Assembly: GCF_016432865.1 (NCBI RefSeq)
Contig: NC_067398.1
Location: forward strand, 266,662,001 to 266,726,000
Direction of reading: 5' to 3'
DNA from: Antechinus flavipes
Taxonomy: Eukaryota
DNA length: 64,000 nt
Under the pieces are notes generated by a model. That model made no database searches and had not been told where the DNA came from. It worked only from the letters and a program-made list of their open reading frames with translations. Shown here piece by piece: positions 63,495-64,000 of the stretch. The translations under genes and the position numbers were made by a program. Position 1 is the first letter of the stretch. Each line of letters begins with the position of its first letter.

Positions 63495-63602
63495 CACACA
63501 CACAAATACAGAGAAAGAGACAGACAGACAAAAAGAGAGAGAGAGAAAGAAAGAGAGAAAGAGAGAAAGAGAGAGAGAGAGAGAGAAGGAGGGGGAGAGG
63601 AG
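63495..63602 (+). repeat. (GA)n/(GAAA)n compound repeat
   Basis: Direct reading. Confidence 0.92.
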
Positions 63603-64000
63603 AAATAAGTATGTAAAGTAGAGTCTCCTGGGGGAAATACTTATTTGTGCTGGAAGTTTTAGAAAGGGAGTGGCCAAATTATGGCTTTGAGGTTTGGAAT
63701 GACAGTGATCCCTCCCTCTCTCTACTGGTTTCATGCCTACACTGCTGGCATCCCAATAGTGATTTGCTCTCTAAGCTTTTTCGGCTTTGCTTCCGGGCAC
63801 AGCAATCACAGAACAAAGGAAACCTCTCTAATGATGAGTTCTAAAATAAATAAAATAATTGTACAGCTGGCAGAGTCCTTTGGGGGGCTGCAGAGAGGAG
63901 AAAGGAGGAGAGAGTACATTTATTATATTTCCCTTGATTCTATATTTAACAGGCTGAAAAGTACTGTGGGTAACTTTGTTTTCTTAGCATATGGAAGGTC

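Overview
Eukaryotic genomic DNA, AT-rich and CpG-poor, with seven N gaps. It comes from a marsupial, most likely a dasyurid such as the Tasmanian devil; this is inferred from the repeat families, not from a database hit. The window lies inside the xylosyltransferase 1 gene (XYLT1) on the minus strand. Two coding exons are present: 6603-6775 (173 bp) and 5775-5977 (203 bp). Both have canonical AG/GT boundaries and match mammalian exons 4 and 5. Everything from 6776 to 64000 is one large intron (intron 3), and 1-5774 is intron 5. The introns are filled with L1, L2 and L3/CR1 fragments, CORE-SINEs (MIR, MAR1, WSINE-like), an RTE/Bov-B-like tail, about ten hAT MITEs, and microsatellites. I found no novel multi-gene system, and all other ORFs in the track are repeat-derived or spurious. 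The most notable observations are: (1) a 117-bp mitochondrial ND5 insertion (NUMT) inside a DNA transposon at 46714-46830; (2) an OC1-type hAT MITE with a perfect 8-bp target-site duplication (TSD), inserted into a MIR at 59945-60132; (3) a TSD-bounded, internally deleted L1 with a possible 13-nt 3' transduction at 33630-34197; (4) several clean nested insertions that give a relative chronology; (5) two short local duplications and a few candidate enhancer or CTCF sites. Boundaries of old repeats are approximate, and subfamily names come from recall.
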